Assembly (NCBI GenBank): GCA_041499215.1
Contig: JBGQJV010000003.1
Location: forward strand, 1 to 47,788
From: Gemmatimonadota bacterium
Lineage (GTDB): Bacteria; Gemmatimonadota; Gemmatimonadetes; Gemmatimonadales; GWC2-71-9
Reading direction: 5' to 3'
DNA: 47,788 bases
Made by a program: the position numbers and the translations under genes. Numbering within the stretch: position 1 is the stretch's first letter; each line of letters opens with the position of its first letter. The notes beneath the pieces are model-generated. The model was not told the DNA's origin and made no database searches. It saw only the letters and a program-made list of their open reading frames with translations. This document shows, in pieces, positions 1-7,742 of the stretch.

Positions 1-16
1 CGCCCTCGGAATGACA
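1..16. repeat. Right end of a TGTCATTCCGAG...CTCGGAATGACA REP-like palindrome, truncated by the window edge
   Basis: CGCCCTCGGAATGACA is identical to 5246-5261, the right end of the complete element at 5167-5261. Confidence 0.8.
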
Positions 17-39
17 TCGTCCCACGAACACCGCCACTC

Positions 40-67
40 CTCACTTCTCACTCCTCACTTCTCACTT
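40..67. repeat. Heptamer tandem array (CTCACTY)x4
   Basis: CTCACTT CTCACTC CTCACTT CTCACTT; the last unit contains the stop codon (62-64) of the minus-strand CDS. Confidence 0.9.
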
Positions 68-862
68 CTTGGTCAGAATCTCCTCGAACAGGGCCAGAGC
101 CCTCGGATCCTCCGACTGTCCCAGCCAGAAGAGCGCCGAACGGCGCACCTCGGCGCTGCCGCTGGTGCGGGCGACCCGAATCAGCGCGGGCACCCCTTCG
201 TCTCTTGGTCTCTGCGAGAGGGCGAACACTGCCTGGGTGCGGATGTCGTGATCCTCGTCCTCGCTCTCCGCCAGCTGGCTGAGCCCGACGGTGGCCGAGT
301 CGCCGGCGGCCTGGCTCACCCAGAACACCGCCTGTTTGCGAGCGTCGCGTGGGGCGGCATCGTTCCGGGCCAGCCGCAGCAGCTGGGGCCAGACGGTCAC
401 GCTGTCCGCCAGGGTGGCGGGGAACACGGCGTGCTCTCCGCCGGAATGCCGGGGGTCGGCCGCGATGGTGAGCAGGGCGGCGACCGCGTCGCGCGCCGGT
501 ACCGTGCCCAGGTCGGTGGCGCTCCCGACGTCGGTCCGCCACCGGCCTCCGACCCAGGTGCGCACCTTGGTCACCCGGTGCTCGGTGACGCGGAAGGCGA
601 CCCGCACCGGTCCCGGCTCGCAGGGGCAGTCCCTGTCGCTGTACACCACGTCGTCATCATCGTCCTGGATCCGGTTCCGTCGGCCGTGCCGGATGGTGTG
701 TTCCCCATCGCCACAGACGTCCGGCTGGGCCGCGAAACTCATCCGCACCTCGCCGTTGGGCGCGGCAGTGATGCGCTGGGCCAGCCCCTGGGCCCCCGCC
801 GGCGCGGCAAGCAGCGGAAGAGCCAAGACAGCGCCGGCCAGGCCGATGATCGTGGTTCGCAT
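62..862 (-). CDS. Exported HEAT-repeat protein
   Basis: ATG 862 with AGGGAG SD; signal peptide MRTTIIGLAGAVLALPLLAAPAGA-Q; three C-terminal HEAT repeats (RKQAVFWVSQ, RTQAVFALSQ, RRSALFWLGQ). Confidence 0.85.
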   Translation of the reverse strand: MRTTIIGLAGAVLALPLLAAPAGAQGLAQRITAAPNGEVRMSFAAQPDVCGDGEHTIRHGRRNRIQDDDDDVVYSDRDCPCEPGPVRVAFRVTEHRVTKVRTWVGGRWRTDVGSATDLGTVPARDAVAALLTIAADPRHSGGEHAVFPATLADSVTVWPQLLRLARNDAAPRDARKQAVFWVSQAAGDSATVGLSQLAESEDEDHDIRTQAVFALSQRPRDEGVPALIRVARTSGSAEVRRSALFWLGQSEDPRALALFEEILTKK

Positions 863-938
863 TGCGTCGCTCCCTGGGAACACGTTGCCAATCTCGTGGA
901 CCTGTTGTGGCCTCTGACTGCGGAGTTCACCATCCGCG

Positions 939-1000
939 GTCCGCCCGTCCGCCCGTCCGCCCGTCCGCCCGTCCGCCCGTCCGCCCGTCCGCCCGTCCGC
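939..1000. repeat. Octamer tandem array (GTCCGCCC)x7.75
   Basis: Perfect units directly abutting the stop codon at 1001-1003. Confidence 0.95.
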
Positions 1001-2371
1001 TCACGGCTGCTCAATCACCTGCAGCAGGAACTCGGCGGCGCGCGGGTCGCGGCTCTGCGACAGCCAGAAGATGGCCTTCTTGCGCAGTTCCCTGTCGGTG
1101 TCGGACTTGGCGATCTGCATCAGCTTGTCCACCGCGGCCGTCTCCCGCCGCTGCGAGTACACGAAGATCAGCTGCTCACGCATCGCCGGCTCGGCCATCC
1201 GGTCGTACAGGTTCACCAGGTCGGCAACCGAGGCTCGCGACTGGCCGGCCCAGAACAGCGCCTTCTTGCGGAGCTCGACGTCCTCCTTGGCGTTGAGGGC
1301 AATATCCAGCAGCCACTGGTCGCTCGCCGATGAGCGGATCTGGGAGATCGAGAACAGGATCTTTTCCTTGAGTTCGGCGTTGCCGGTTTTGCCGTACAGC
1401 GTCCGCAGGAACTCGGCATTGCCCGCGTCCCGCGACTGGCCCAGCCAGAACACCGCCTGCTCCCGCACCTCCTCATCCGCGCCCTCCTTGGAGGCCAGGT
1501 CGCGAATCACCTGCTGGGCCCGCGCCAGCTTGGTTTGGGAGAGGGCGAAGACCGCCTTCTTCTGCAGCTCGGGGTCGTGGGAGAACTGCAGGATGGAGTC
1601 GAGCGCGCTCACCGAGCGCTCGGTGCCCACCTGGGACAGCCAGAACACCGCCTGCTCCCGCACCTCGCCGTCTGGGTCCTGCCGGGCGGCGTCGAGCAGG
1701 ATCTGCTCGGTCTCGTCAGTACGCTTCTGGGAGACCAGGAATACCGCCTTCCGGCGGAGGATCTCGGAGCAGCGGTCGCGCCGCGCCAGCACCCGCTTGA
1801 GGATCGGCAGCGCCCGTTCGGCGTCGATCTGCAGCATCGCGTTGAGCGCCGCGATCCGGGTGTCGTCATCGTCGTCCGTGCAGGGCGCGCCACCACCGCC
1901 GGCCGGAGCCGCCGATTCCGCCGCCACTGAAACCCGCCGGGCCGCATCGGCATCGCCCAGTTGGGCGAGCTGGCCCTCCACCCGGGTCCGGAGGGTGGCG
2001 GCGTCGCCGTGGGTCGCCGCCTTGGCGTATTTCTCCTGCTGCTCGGCCAACAGCCGCCGGGCCTCCCGTAGCTCCTCGCCCCCGCCCAGCCGGTAGCGGG
2101 CGAATGCCTCCCAGTAGTAGCTGTCGGCCACGTAGCGTGACTTGGGCTGCTGCTCGCGCAGCTGACGGAACAGATCCGCCGCGTTGCTGTAGTTGGAGGC
2201 ATTGAGCGCGGCCCGCGCGGCGCGATAGAGCGAATCCGCCGGATCGTCGTCGACCCAGCCGCCGAGCAGGGTCCAGCCGGAGCCGGGTTCCGGCAGGACT
2301 GGCGACCCGGTCTCGGGCCGTGCGTGGGTGAAGAGGACACCGGCCAGTACGAGGGCGAAGGTGACGCGCAT
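1001..2371 (-). CDS. Exported HEAT-repeat protein with N-terminal TPR-like (BamD/YfiO-like) helical domain
   Basis: Signal peptide; DPADSLYRAAR...YVADSYYWEAFA TPR-like region; eight HEAT repeats of type REQAVFWLSQ; start overlaps the upstream stop (TGATG). Confidence 0.9.
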   Translation of the reverse strand: MRVTFALVLAGVLFTHARPETGSPVLPEPGSGWTLLGGWVDDDPADSLYRAARAALNASNYSNAADLFRQLREQQPKSRYVADSYYWEAFARYRLGGGEELREARRLLAEQQEKYAKAATHGDAATLRTRVEGQLAQLGDADAARRVSVAAESAAPAGGGGAPCTDDDDDTRIAALNAMLQIDAERALPILKRVLARRDRCSEILRRKAVFLVSQKRTDETEQILLDAARQDPDGEVREQAVFWLSQVGTERSVSALDSILQFSHDPELQKKAVFALSQTKLARAQQVIRDLASKEGADEEVREQAVFWLGQSRDAGNAEFLRTLYGKTGNAELKEKILFSISQIRSSASDQWLLDIALNAKEDVELRKKALFWAGQSRASVADLVNLYDRMAEPAMREQLIFVYSQRRETAAVDKLMQIAKSDTDRELRKKAIFWLSQSRDPRAAEFLLQVIEQP

Positions 2372-3027
2372 CAGCTTTCTCCTGAAATGTTGGCGGCGGG
2401 CCCGGCGGGAATGGAGGTTCTGAGCCGGGGCAGGACGCCCTGTTCGTCGAGTTCGCGGACGATCAGGTCCGCGTCTTCCCGGGTCGGCTCGGCCTGCAGT
2501 TGAGCCACCTGGGCGAGTACCACTTCGAGTTCCCGGAGCAGTTGCCTGACCCGCTGGTCCTGGAGGTCGGGCGAATCGAGGAGCAACCGGGTGGTGCCGA
2601 GCAGATCGCGGGCGCCGGCGAGCAGGGCCGGGTCCGGCACCCGGGCCTGGGCTTCCAGCCGGAATCCGGTGAGGAAGGTCTCGGTGCGGCTCAGGTGCTG
2701 GAGCGCGGCTCCGGCCAGGGCCGGAGAGGTGGAGCCCTGGGCTTCATTGGGCAGGGTAGGCGCCGTGGTTGGCCCCAAAGCATGCCTTGGGGCCACCTGG
2801 CCCTCCTGGGTCAGTCTTCCCAGCCCAAACCCCACCGCCAGCAGCGCCGCGATGCCCAGAGGCCATGCCAGTTTCCTGATGGTGCCCGGCTGGCGCCAAG
2901 GCATGCCCTGGCGCTCCCCTTTGCGAGCCTGAATCGCCGCCCACATCGCTTCTCTGGGCGAGGACGGTGGCGGGTTGTACTGATCGCGCGCCTGGTCGAG
3001 CAGGCGGTCCAGCGGATCTTCGTTCAT
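2371..3027 (-). CDS. Putative membrane-anchored anti-sigma factor
   Basis: ATG 3027 overlaps the sigma stop (ATGA); short N-terminal domain with MWAAI, one TM segment (WPLGIAALLAVGFGLG), helical C-terminal domain. Confidence 0.75.
   Translation of the reverse strand: MNEDPLDRLLDQARDQYNPPPSSPREAMWAAIQARKGERQGMPWRQPGTIRKLAWPLGIAALLAVGFGLGRLTQEGQVAPRHALGPTTAPTLPNEAQGSTSPALAGAALQHLSRTETFLTGFRLEAQARVPDPALLAGARDLLGTTRLLLDSPDLQDQRVRQLLRELEVVLAQVAQLQAEPTREDADLIVRELDEQGVLPRLRTSIPAGPAANISGES
2771..2796 (-). repeat. Intragenic palindromic REP-like element (GCATGC centre)
   Basis: Minus strand GTGGCCCCAAGGCATGCTTTGGGGCC, 24/26 identical to 10487-10512. Confidence 0.8.
2893..2914. repeat. Second intragenic GCATGC-centred palindrome
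   Basis: GCGCCAAGGCATGCCCTGGCGC shares the CCAAGGCATGCC core. Confidence 0.65.
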
Positions 3028-3599
3028 CGGTGCCAGTCTCTTGCATGGGGCCCGAGCGCGGTTCTCAGCTTGGCACGTGCCCGGAACAACTGGGCTTTCG
3101 AGGTCCCCGGGTCGATGTCGAGCAATGCCCCGATCTCCTCGTGGGTGTAGCCTTCCAGCTCGTGCAGCACCAGCACGGCGCGATAGCCGCCGGGCAGGGC
3201 GTCGATCGCCTCGAACAGCCGCCGCCGGAGATCCGGCTCCAGCGATTCCCGCCGCACCGTCACTGGCTCGGCCGTTTCCAGGTCGATTTCGCGATCCCAC
3301 CGCCGTTTCCGCTGGCGGAGCCCCGTCAGGGTCACCGAAATCGCGATGCTGCCCAGCCAAGTCGAGAAGGCCGCCTCTCCGCGGAAGGTCGCCAACCGGT
3401 CGAACGCCCGGACGAAGGTGTCCTGGGTGAACTCCCTGGCCAGCTCCGCGTCGCCCGCCATCCGGTACACCATCCGGTAGACCCGATCCACGTGGCGCTC
3501 GTACAGCTCCCGCTCGGCGGCGGGGTCGCCGACGAGTACTCGCGCGATGACGGCGCGGTCGGATCCGGGGGCGCCCCGGAGGGTCATGGGCGAAGCCAT
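3024..3599 (-). CDS. ECF RNA polymerase sigma factor
   Basis: Region 2 (AREFTQDTFVRAF, FRGEAAFSTWL) and region 4 (LHELEGYTHEEIG...GTSKAQLFRAR); start 3599 or 3587. Confidence 0.95.
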   Translation of the reverse strand: MASPMTLRGAPGSDRAVIARVLVGDPAAERELYERHVDRVYRMVYRMAGDAELAREFTQDTFVRAFDRLATFRGEAAFSTWLGSIAISVTLTGLRQRKRRWDREIDLETAEPVTVRRESLEPDLRRRLFEAIDALPGGYRAVLVLHELEGYTHEEIGALLDIDPGTSKAQLFRARAKLRTALGPHARDWHR

Positions 3600-3610
3600 T
3601 GGCTGTGAGG

Positions 3611-3638
3611 TAGACAACGGGACCCGGCAAAGGGTTTC
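3611..3638 (-). promoter_or_regulatory. Candidate ECF autoregulatory promoter
   Basis: Minus strand GAAAC-N17-TGTCTA, 11 nt upstream of the sigma ATG; fits the AAC/GTC ECF pattern. Confidence 0.5.
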
Positions 3639-3866
3639 GTGCGACCCCGGACCCCACCGGAGCATCCTTCCCCGGGCGAGAGAGGCACACGGAGAGTCGC
3701 ATGTACCCCACCCCTGAACCGGCTCCAAGTCGCGGCCCGGATGACACCTATCTGACCCGCCCACTCATCCTGGCGGCGGTACTCGTCATCGCGGGGCACC
3801 AGATCCGTGGAACCGTCGGTCCCCGGCCGACTCATTTCGCCACCCATACGGAGGAGGTCATCCACC

Positions 3867-5021
3867 ATGACTAGGTCCATCGGTTCGCTCTGCACAGCAT
3901 TGCTGGCCGTGGGCCTGCCCGCTGCGCTCACCGCGCAGACCAGGCTTCCGGAGCGGAGGCTGGAGAAACCGGACGCCGAGTTCCAGGAATCGTTTGACCA
4001 GATCGGTGCGCTCCGTGAGTTGCCCAGCGGCAAGCTGCTGGTCGTGGACCTTGGTCCCAAGTCGCTCTTGATGACCGACTTCAAAACCGGCCAGCAGACC
4101 CCGATCGGGCGCAATGGGCAGGGCCCCGGCGAGTATCAGTTTCCCGGCGACCTTATTCCTTATCTGGGGGATTCGACCCTCCTGGTCGACCGGGTCAGTC
4201 GTCGTTTCCTGACGGTGGGCCCCGATGGCAAGCTCGGCAAGACGGTGCCCTTCCCCGACGGGATTCTCGGGCTGGCCCAGCCGAAGGGGGCGGATGCGAA
4301 AGGCAGGATCTACTTCCAGGCGAGTCCGTTCCGCGGACCGGGCGACGGCGATGTGGCGCTGACCATCCCCGACTCGGCGCCCGTAGTCCGCTGGGACCGG
4401 GCCAGCAACAGGTTGGACACGCTCACGCGGGTGAAGATCCCGGCCACCAAGGTGCAACGCACCAGCACGGGGAACGCGAGAGTGGTCATGATGCGGCCAC
4501 AGCCGTATGCGGCCCAGGATGAATGGGCTCCGGCCCCGGATGGCCGGCTCGCGGTTGCGCGGGTGGGGGACTACCACGTCGAATGGCTGGGGGACCGCCC
4601 CGCCCGCGGAACGCCGGTGAGCTACAACCCGGTCCGGCTCGGTGACGGCGACCGGGAGGCCTTCATGGCCGCGATGAAGAACACCCGCAATCGGATCACC
4701 GTGACCAACGGCGGGCCGGGCCGGGGCCAGGAGCTGAAGCCACCCGAGCCCAAGGCAGAGGAGTTCGACTGGCCCGAGTACAAGCCTCCGTTCCGGAGCC
4801 GGTCCGCACTCATCACGTCGGACGGCCAGCTGTGGTTGCAGCGGTACACCTCGGCCCAGGACTCCACTCCGGTGTTCGACGTGTTCGATGCCAACGGCAA
4901 TCTGGCCAGCCGGGTGTACCTCCCCAAGGGCCGGGAAGTGGTCGGGATCGGCCAGGGGACCGTCTACGCGGTGCGGACCGACGGCGACGGGCTGCAGTGG
5001 CTGGAGCGGTATAGACGGTAG
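3867..5021 (+). CDS. Secreted 6-bladed beta-propeller (NHL-like) protein
   Basis: GGAGG SD; signal peptide; IGRNGQGPGEY motif; C-terminal FDVFDANG...DGDGLQWLERY blade. Confidence 0.8.
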   Translation: MTRSIGSLCTALLAVGLPAALTAQTRLPERRLEKPDAEFQESFDQIGALRELPSGKLLVVDLGPKSLLMTDFKTGQQTPIGRNGQGPGEYQFPGDLIPYLGDSTLLVDRVSRRFLTVGPDGKLGKTVPFPDGILGLAQPKGADAKGRIYFQASPFRGPGDGDVALTIPDSAPVVRWDRASNRLDTLTRVKIPATKVQRTSTGNARVVMMRPQPYAAQDEWAPAPDGRLAVARVGDYHVEWLGDRPARGTPVSYNPVRLGDGDREAFMAAMKNTRNRITVTNGGPGRGQELKPPEPKAEEFDWPEYKPPFRSRSALITSDGQLWLQRYTSAQDSTPVFDVFDANGNLASRVYLPKGREVVGIGQGTVYAVRTDGDGLQWLERYRR

Positions 5022-5163
5022 ACGGGAGACGTGAGGCGTGAGGCGTGAGACGTAAGAAGTGAGAGTGAGACGTGAGAAGTGAGACGTGAGAAGTGAGAAG
5101 GGAGACGTGAGAAGTGAGAAGGGAGACGTGAGAAGTGAGAAGGGAGTTGGGAGTTGAGAGTTG
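5022..5163. repeat. Heptamer array (GTGAGAA/GTGAGAC family, about 20 units), left arm
   Basis: Starts right after the stop codon; units drift GTGAGGC > GTGAGAA > GGGAGTT; contains the higher-order 21-mer GGGAGACGTGAGAAGTGAGAA. Confidence 0.95.
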
Positions 5164-5166
5164 AAC

Positions 5167-5261
5167 TGTCATTCCGAGCCGCATTAGGCGAGGAATTCCT
5201 CCGGGTTGGCACGTCGCTCACCCTGAAGGATTCCTCGGGCCTTCGCGCCCTCGGAATGACA
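5167..5261. repeat. 95-bp REP/MITE-like palindromic element
   Basis: Terminal IR TGTCATTCCGAG / CTCGGAATGACA, inner IR GAGGAATTCCT / AGGATTCCTC; second partial copy at 1-16. Confidence 0.85.
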
Positions 5262-5292
5262 ACGTTCCCCGTACCCGCGCCAGATTCCCCAT

Positions 5293-5338
5293 CTCACGTC
5301 TCACGTCTTACACCTCACTTCTCACTTCTTACCTCTCA
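5293..5338. repeat. Heptamer array (CTCACGT/CTCACTT), right arm, inverted relative to 5022-5163
   Basis: CTCACGT CTCACGT CTTACAC CTCACTT CTCACTT CTTACCT CTCA; the final unit holds the stop of CDS 5336-6079. Confidence 0.9.
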
Positions 5339-6079
5339 CCCTTTTCCGCTCATCGCGTACCGCGCCCCGCTCACCTGCCACACCGGGACCGGCTCCACGT
5401 AGCCGAAGCGTCGGAGTGTCATTTCCACCAGCCATTCCCACCCGGCACGCGTCACCGCCTCCACCCACGACATCTCAGTCGCCAGCCTGAGCCAGCGGCG
5501 CAGTGTGCGCGGGTCTACCCCTGCGGTAAGCGCCGCGAGTTCCAATGAGGTGTGCCCCGGCAGCATGGGTGCCGTGAGGATCTGCACCAGGCCTGCCAGG
5601 CCACGCCAGTCGCGGACCTCGAGCGGTCCCAGCGCTCGGACCCGGCGGGTCAGAGTCCGGGGCGGGCGCAGGGCATCACCTCCGTCGCCGAAACAGGCTC
5701 CCAGGGTGCTGGCCGTTCCCGGGCGTGCGAGGCGGCGCTCGACCCATAGCGCGATCGTCGTCGGCTGGGGCGGTGGCCGGCGGGCGATGGCCTTGAGCGC
5801 ACGCTCGATCAGTGTCCAGCCCGGATAGTCCCCCGGGTACAGCGGAGCGAGCACCCCAGGAACCGGCTCGAATGCGGCGAGACACGACGCCGGGACTCTG
5901 CGATCCGCCAGGCAGGTAACCAACGGGCACCAGGGGGCATCGCGGTGCTCCTGCAGCGCCTCGGCCAGGGCGGGGATGCCGTTGGAAAGATCGGCCACGA
6001 ACAAAGCCCCGACGGGTGGGGGAAAGGCCCCAGCCGGCAGCAGCCGCAGGTAGGGCGGCTCGAGGATGAACAGTGACAC
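5336..6079 (-). CDS. Putative transcriptional regulator (degenerate receiver-like N-terminus, AraC-like HTH C-terminus)
   Basis: PPRTLTRRVRALG and SLELAALTAGVDPRTLRRWLR HTH-like motifs; divergent from the 6281 cluster. Confidence 0.6.
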   Translation of the reverse strand: MSLFILEPPYLRLLPAGAFPPPVGALFVADLSNGIPALAEALQEHRDAPWCPLVTCLADRRVPASCLAAFEPVPGVLAPLYPGDYPGWTLIERALKAIARRPPPQPTTIALWVERRLARPGTASTLGACFGDGGDALRPPRTLTRRVRALGPLEVRDWRGLAGLVQILTAPMLPGHTSLELAALTAGVDPRTLRRWLRLATEMSWVEAVTRAGWEWLVEMTLRRFGYVEPVPVWQVSGARYAMSGKG

Positions 6080-6280
6080 GGAAATAGCCTACCTGCCCCG
6101 CTAGCGGCGGGGTTTCGCACCCAGGGGTTCCCGAGCGATGGCACGGGGGTCTGGTAGAGTGCACGATTCTGCCACCGTCTTCAAGCTGACGGACGCAATC
6201 GCGCCGCCGGTGGCGGGAAGTTGCATGGTGGGCGCGGATGCCGACCGATACCATGGACCACGCCCTCACCAATCAGGTCC

Positions 6281-7249
6281 ATGCGACAGATCGCTACGCT
6301 GGCTTCCTCGCTCGCGCTCACTCTAGGTCTGTCAGCCGCTTCCCCCCTGGAACGGGTGGCGGCCCAGGAATGCCGGAGTGGGCCGGTGGCGCTTGATGCC
6401 CGAGCTACCCTGGTCCTTCCCGCCACCTTCGGGGTTCGGGGTGTCGTCCCCGGCCCCTCAGGGTCCCTCGTTCTGTGGTCGGCAGGTGGCGATCTGTTCT
6501 CGATCGATCGGGAGCGCTCACTCACCCGGATTCTCCTTCCGGACAGTATTCAACCGGCCGGCGTGGGCCTGACGGCCGCCGGAATCCGGCTGCTGGATCA
6601 GGCGACCGGGCGTGACTACCTGCTTCGCCCTGACGGCGCGCTCGAAGCGGTGGGCCAGGCGCGTCTGGGCATGGCGGAACAGCTGGACCAGGCGCTGTGG
6701 CGGGAGAACGGGTGGATCCTTGCTCTCCGGGACCTCGCCAGCCGGCGGTTCGTGGTGCGCCGATTCTTCCCTGGCGACGCGGCCGAGCTGTTTCGCTCGG
6801 CGCCATCGGACAGCGTCAAGACCATACATCGCTATCAGCTCACTGAATCCGGCCGGGGACTGCTGCTCACCCGGTCGATGGCTCCGTTCACGGTCATCCG
6901 GCTCGATCCCTCGAGCGGGGCGACCGACACCCTCGCGGCTCCGCTGGCATCGCTCGAACGGGTAAACCTGCCGGCAGACAGCCTGGCTCATTGGCGGGCG
7001 CTGCCTGCGGTTGCGCTCGAGTGCACCGTGCTGCTCACCCTCACTGACCTGGCCTCCGACCGGCGCGTGCTGGTCCGTTACGGCGCCGACAATCGGATCC
7101 GGCAGGTCACCGAGCTCGATGCTCCGCTCGGCCTGGTCACGCGTCTTCCCGGCGAAGATGTGGTGCTCGCCGCCCGCCGCGCCGGGGAACTGGAACTGGT
7201 CTGGTATGACTGGCACTGGGTCCGGGAGCCCAGCTCACCCACACCCTGA
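6281..7249 (+). CDS. Secreted protein, probable divergent beta-propeller
   Basis: ATG 6281; signal peptide ending AAQ; beta-strand-rich repeats; 11 nt from the next gene. Confidence 0.7.
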   Translation: MRQIATLASSLALTLGLSAASPLERVAAQECRSGPVALDARATLVLPATFGVRGVVPGPSGSLVLWSAGGDLFSIDRERSLTRILLPDSIQPAGVGLTAAGIRLLDQATGRDYLLRPDGALEAVGQARLGMAEQLDQALWRENGWILALRDLASRRFVVRRFFPGDAAELFRSAPSDSVKTIHRYQLTESGRGLLLTRSMAPFTVIRLDPSSGATDTLAAPLASLERVNLPADSLAHWRALPAVALECTVLLTLTDLASDRRVLVRYGADNRIRQVTELDAPLGLVTRLPGEDVVLAARRAGELELVWYDWHWVREPSSPTP

Positions 7250-7260
7250 AGAGGAAAATC

Positions 7261-7719
7261 ATGCGACTCCGTTTCCTTGGGCCGGCCTTGTGCCTTGCCC
7301 TCCTGTGTTTCATCGCTGCCCGCCCGGCTTCGGCGCAGAGTCTGGCCTCACTGGCGGCGGCCAACGCGGCCACCTCCGCAGTAGAGAAGGTCGGTGCGGG
7401 TTGCTGGGGCTGCGAGAGCTTCGGCGGGTGGCAGATCTGCCACGGCGGCGAGATTCCCGGCTACTACAACTGCACCACGACCGTGCTGAACACCTGTCAG
7501 CTCAGCAGCCCCGGCTGTGGCGCGGGTGCGGCGCTGCCGCTGGATCCCGACGGCTCCACGCAGTACGTCTCCCGGGGAAGTCTCCTGGGGGTTCAGGTAG
7601 CCCTGCATGACGGAGATCCGCCAGTTAGGCGGAATTGTGAAGGGGTGGTAGTCGCGCGGAAGCAGACTTCTGACGATATTATAGCCGTACGGATTCGTAC
7701 GGGTTCACTCACCCTCTGA
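7261..7719 (+). CDS. Small secreted cysteine-rich protein
   Basis: GAGG SD; signal peptide ending ASA-Q; six Cys in CWGC-x8-C-x10-C-x7-C-x6-C plus a later Cys in RRNCEG. Confidence 0.85.
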   Translation: MRLRFLGPALCLALLCFIAARPASAQSLASLAAANAATSAVEKVGAGCWGCESFGGWQICHGGEIPGYYNCTTTVLNTCQLSSPGCGAGAALPLDPDGSTQYVSRGSLLGVQVALHDGDPPVRRNCEGVVVARKQTSDDIIAVRIRTGSLTL

Positions 7720-7742
7720 GACCCGCTCCCGGATCCGTCGCC

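Noticed and set aside
3028-3747. N-terminal extensions in the ORF track (2371-3747, 24297-25607, 37553-39226, 38293-40008, 45916-47169)
   Set aside because: They overlap neighbouring genes or arrays; internal starts coupled to upstream stops or matching domain boundaries fit better.
4813-5221. ORFs with repeats such as SHVSLLT or RPPVRPSA (also 739-1014, 25646-26089, 41333-41668)
   Set aside because: Translations of the nucleotide arrays that overlap real genes.
5022-5338. CRISPR array interpretation of the repeat tracts
   Set aside because: Units are 7-9 nt and contiguous, with no unique spacers and no cas genes.
6211-6226. Sigma54 promoter TGGCGGGAAGTTGCA upstream of 6281
   Set aside because: GG-to-GC spacing is 9 nt rather than the required 10.
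7402-7443. Cytochrome c or radical-SAM RiPP reading of the Cys-rich protein
   Set aside because: No CxxCH (CWGCE and ICH are separate), it has a Sec-type signal peptide, and no maturase is nearby.
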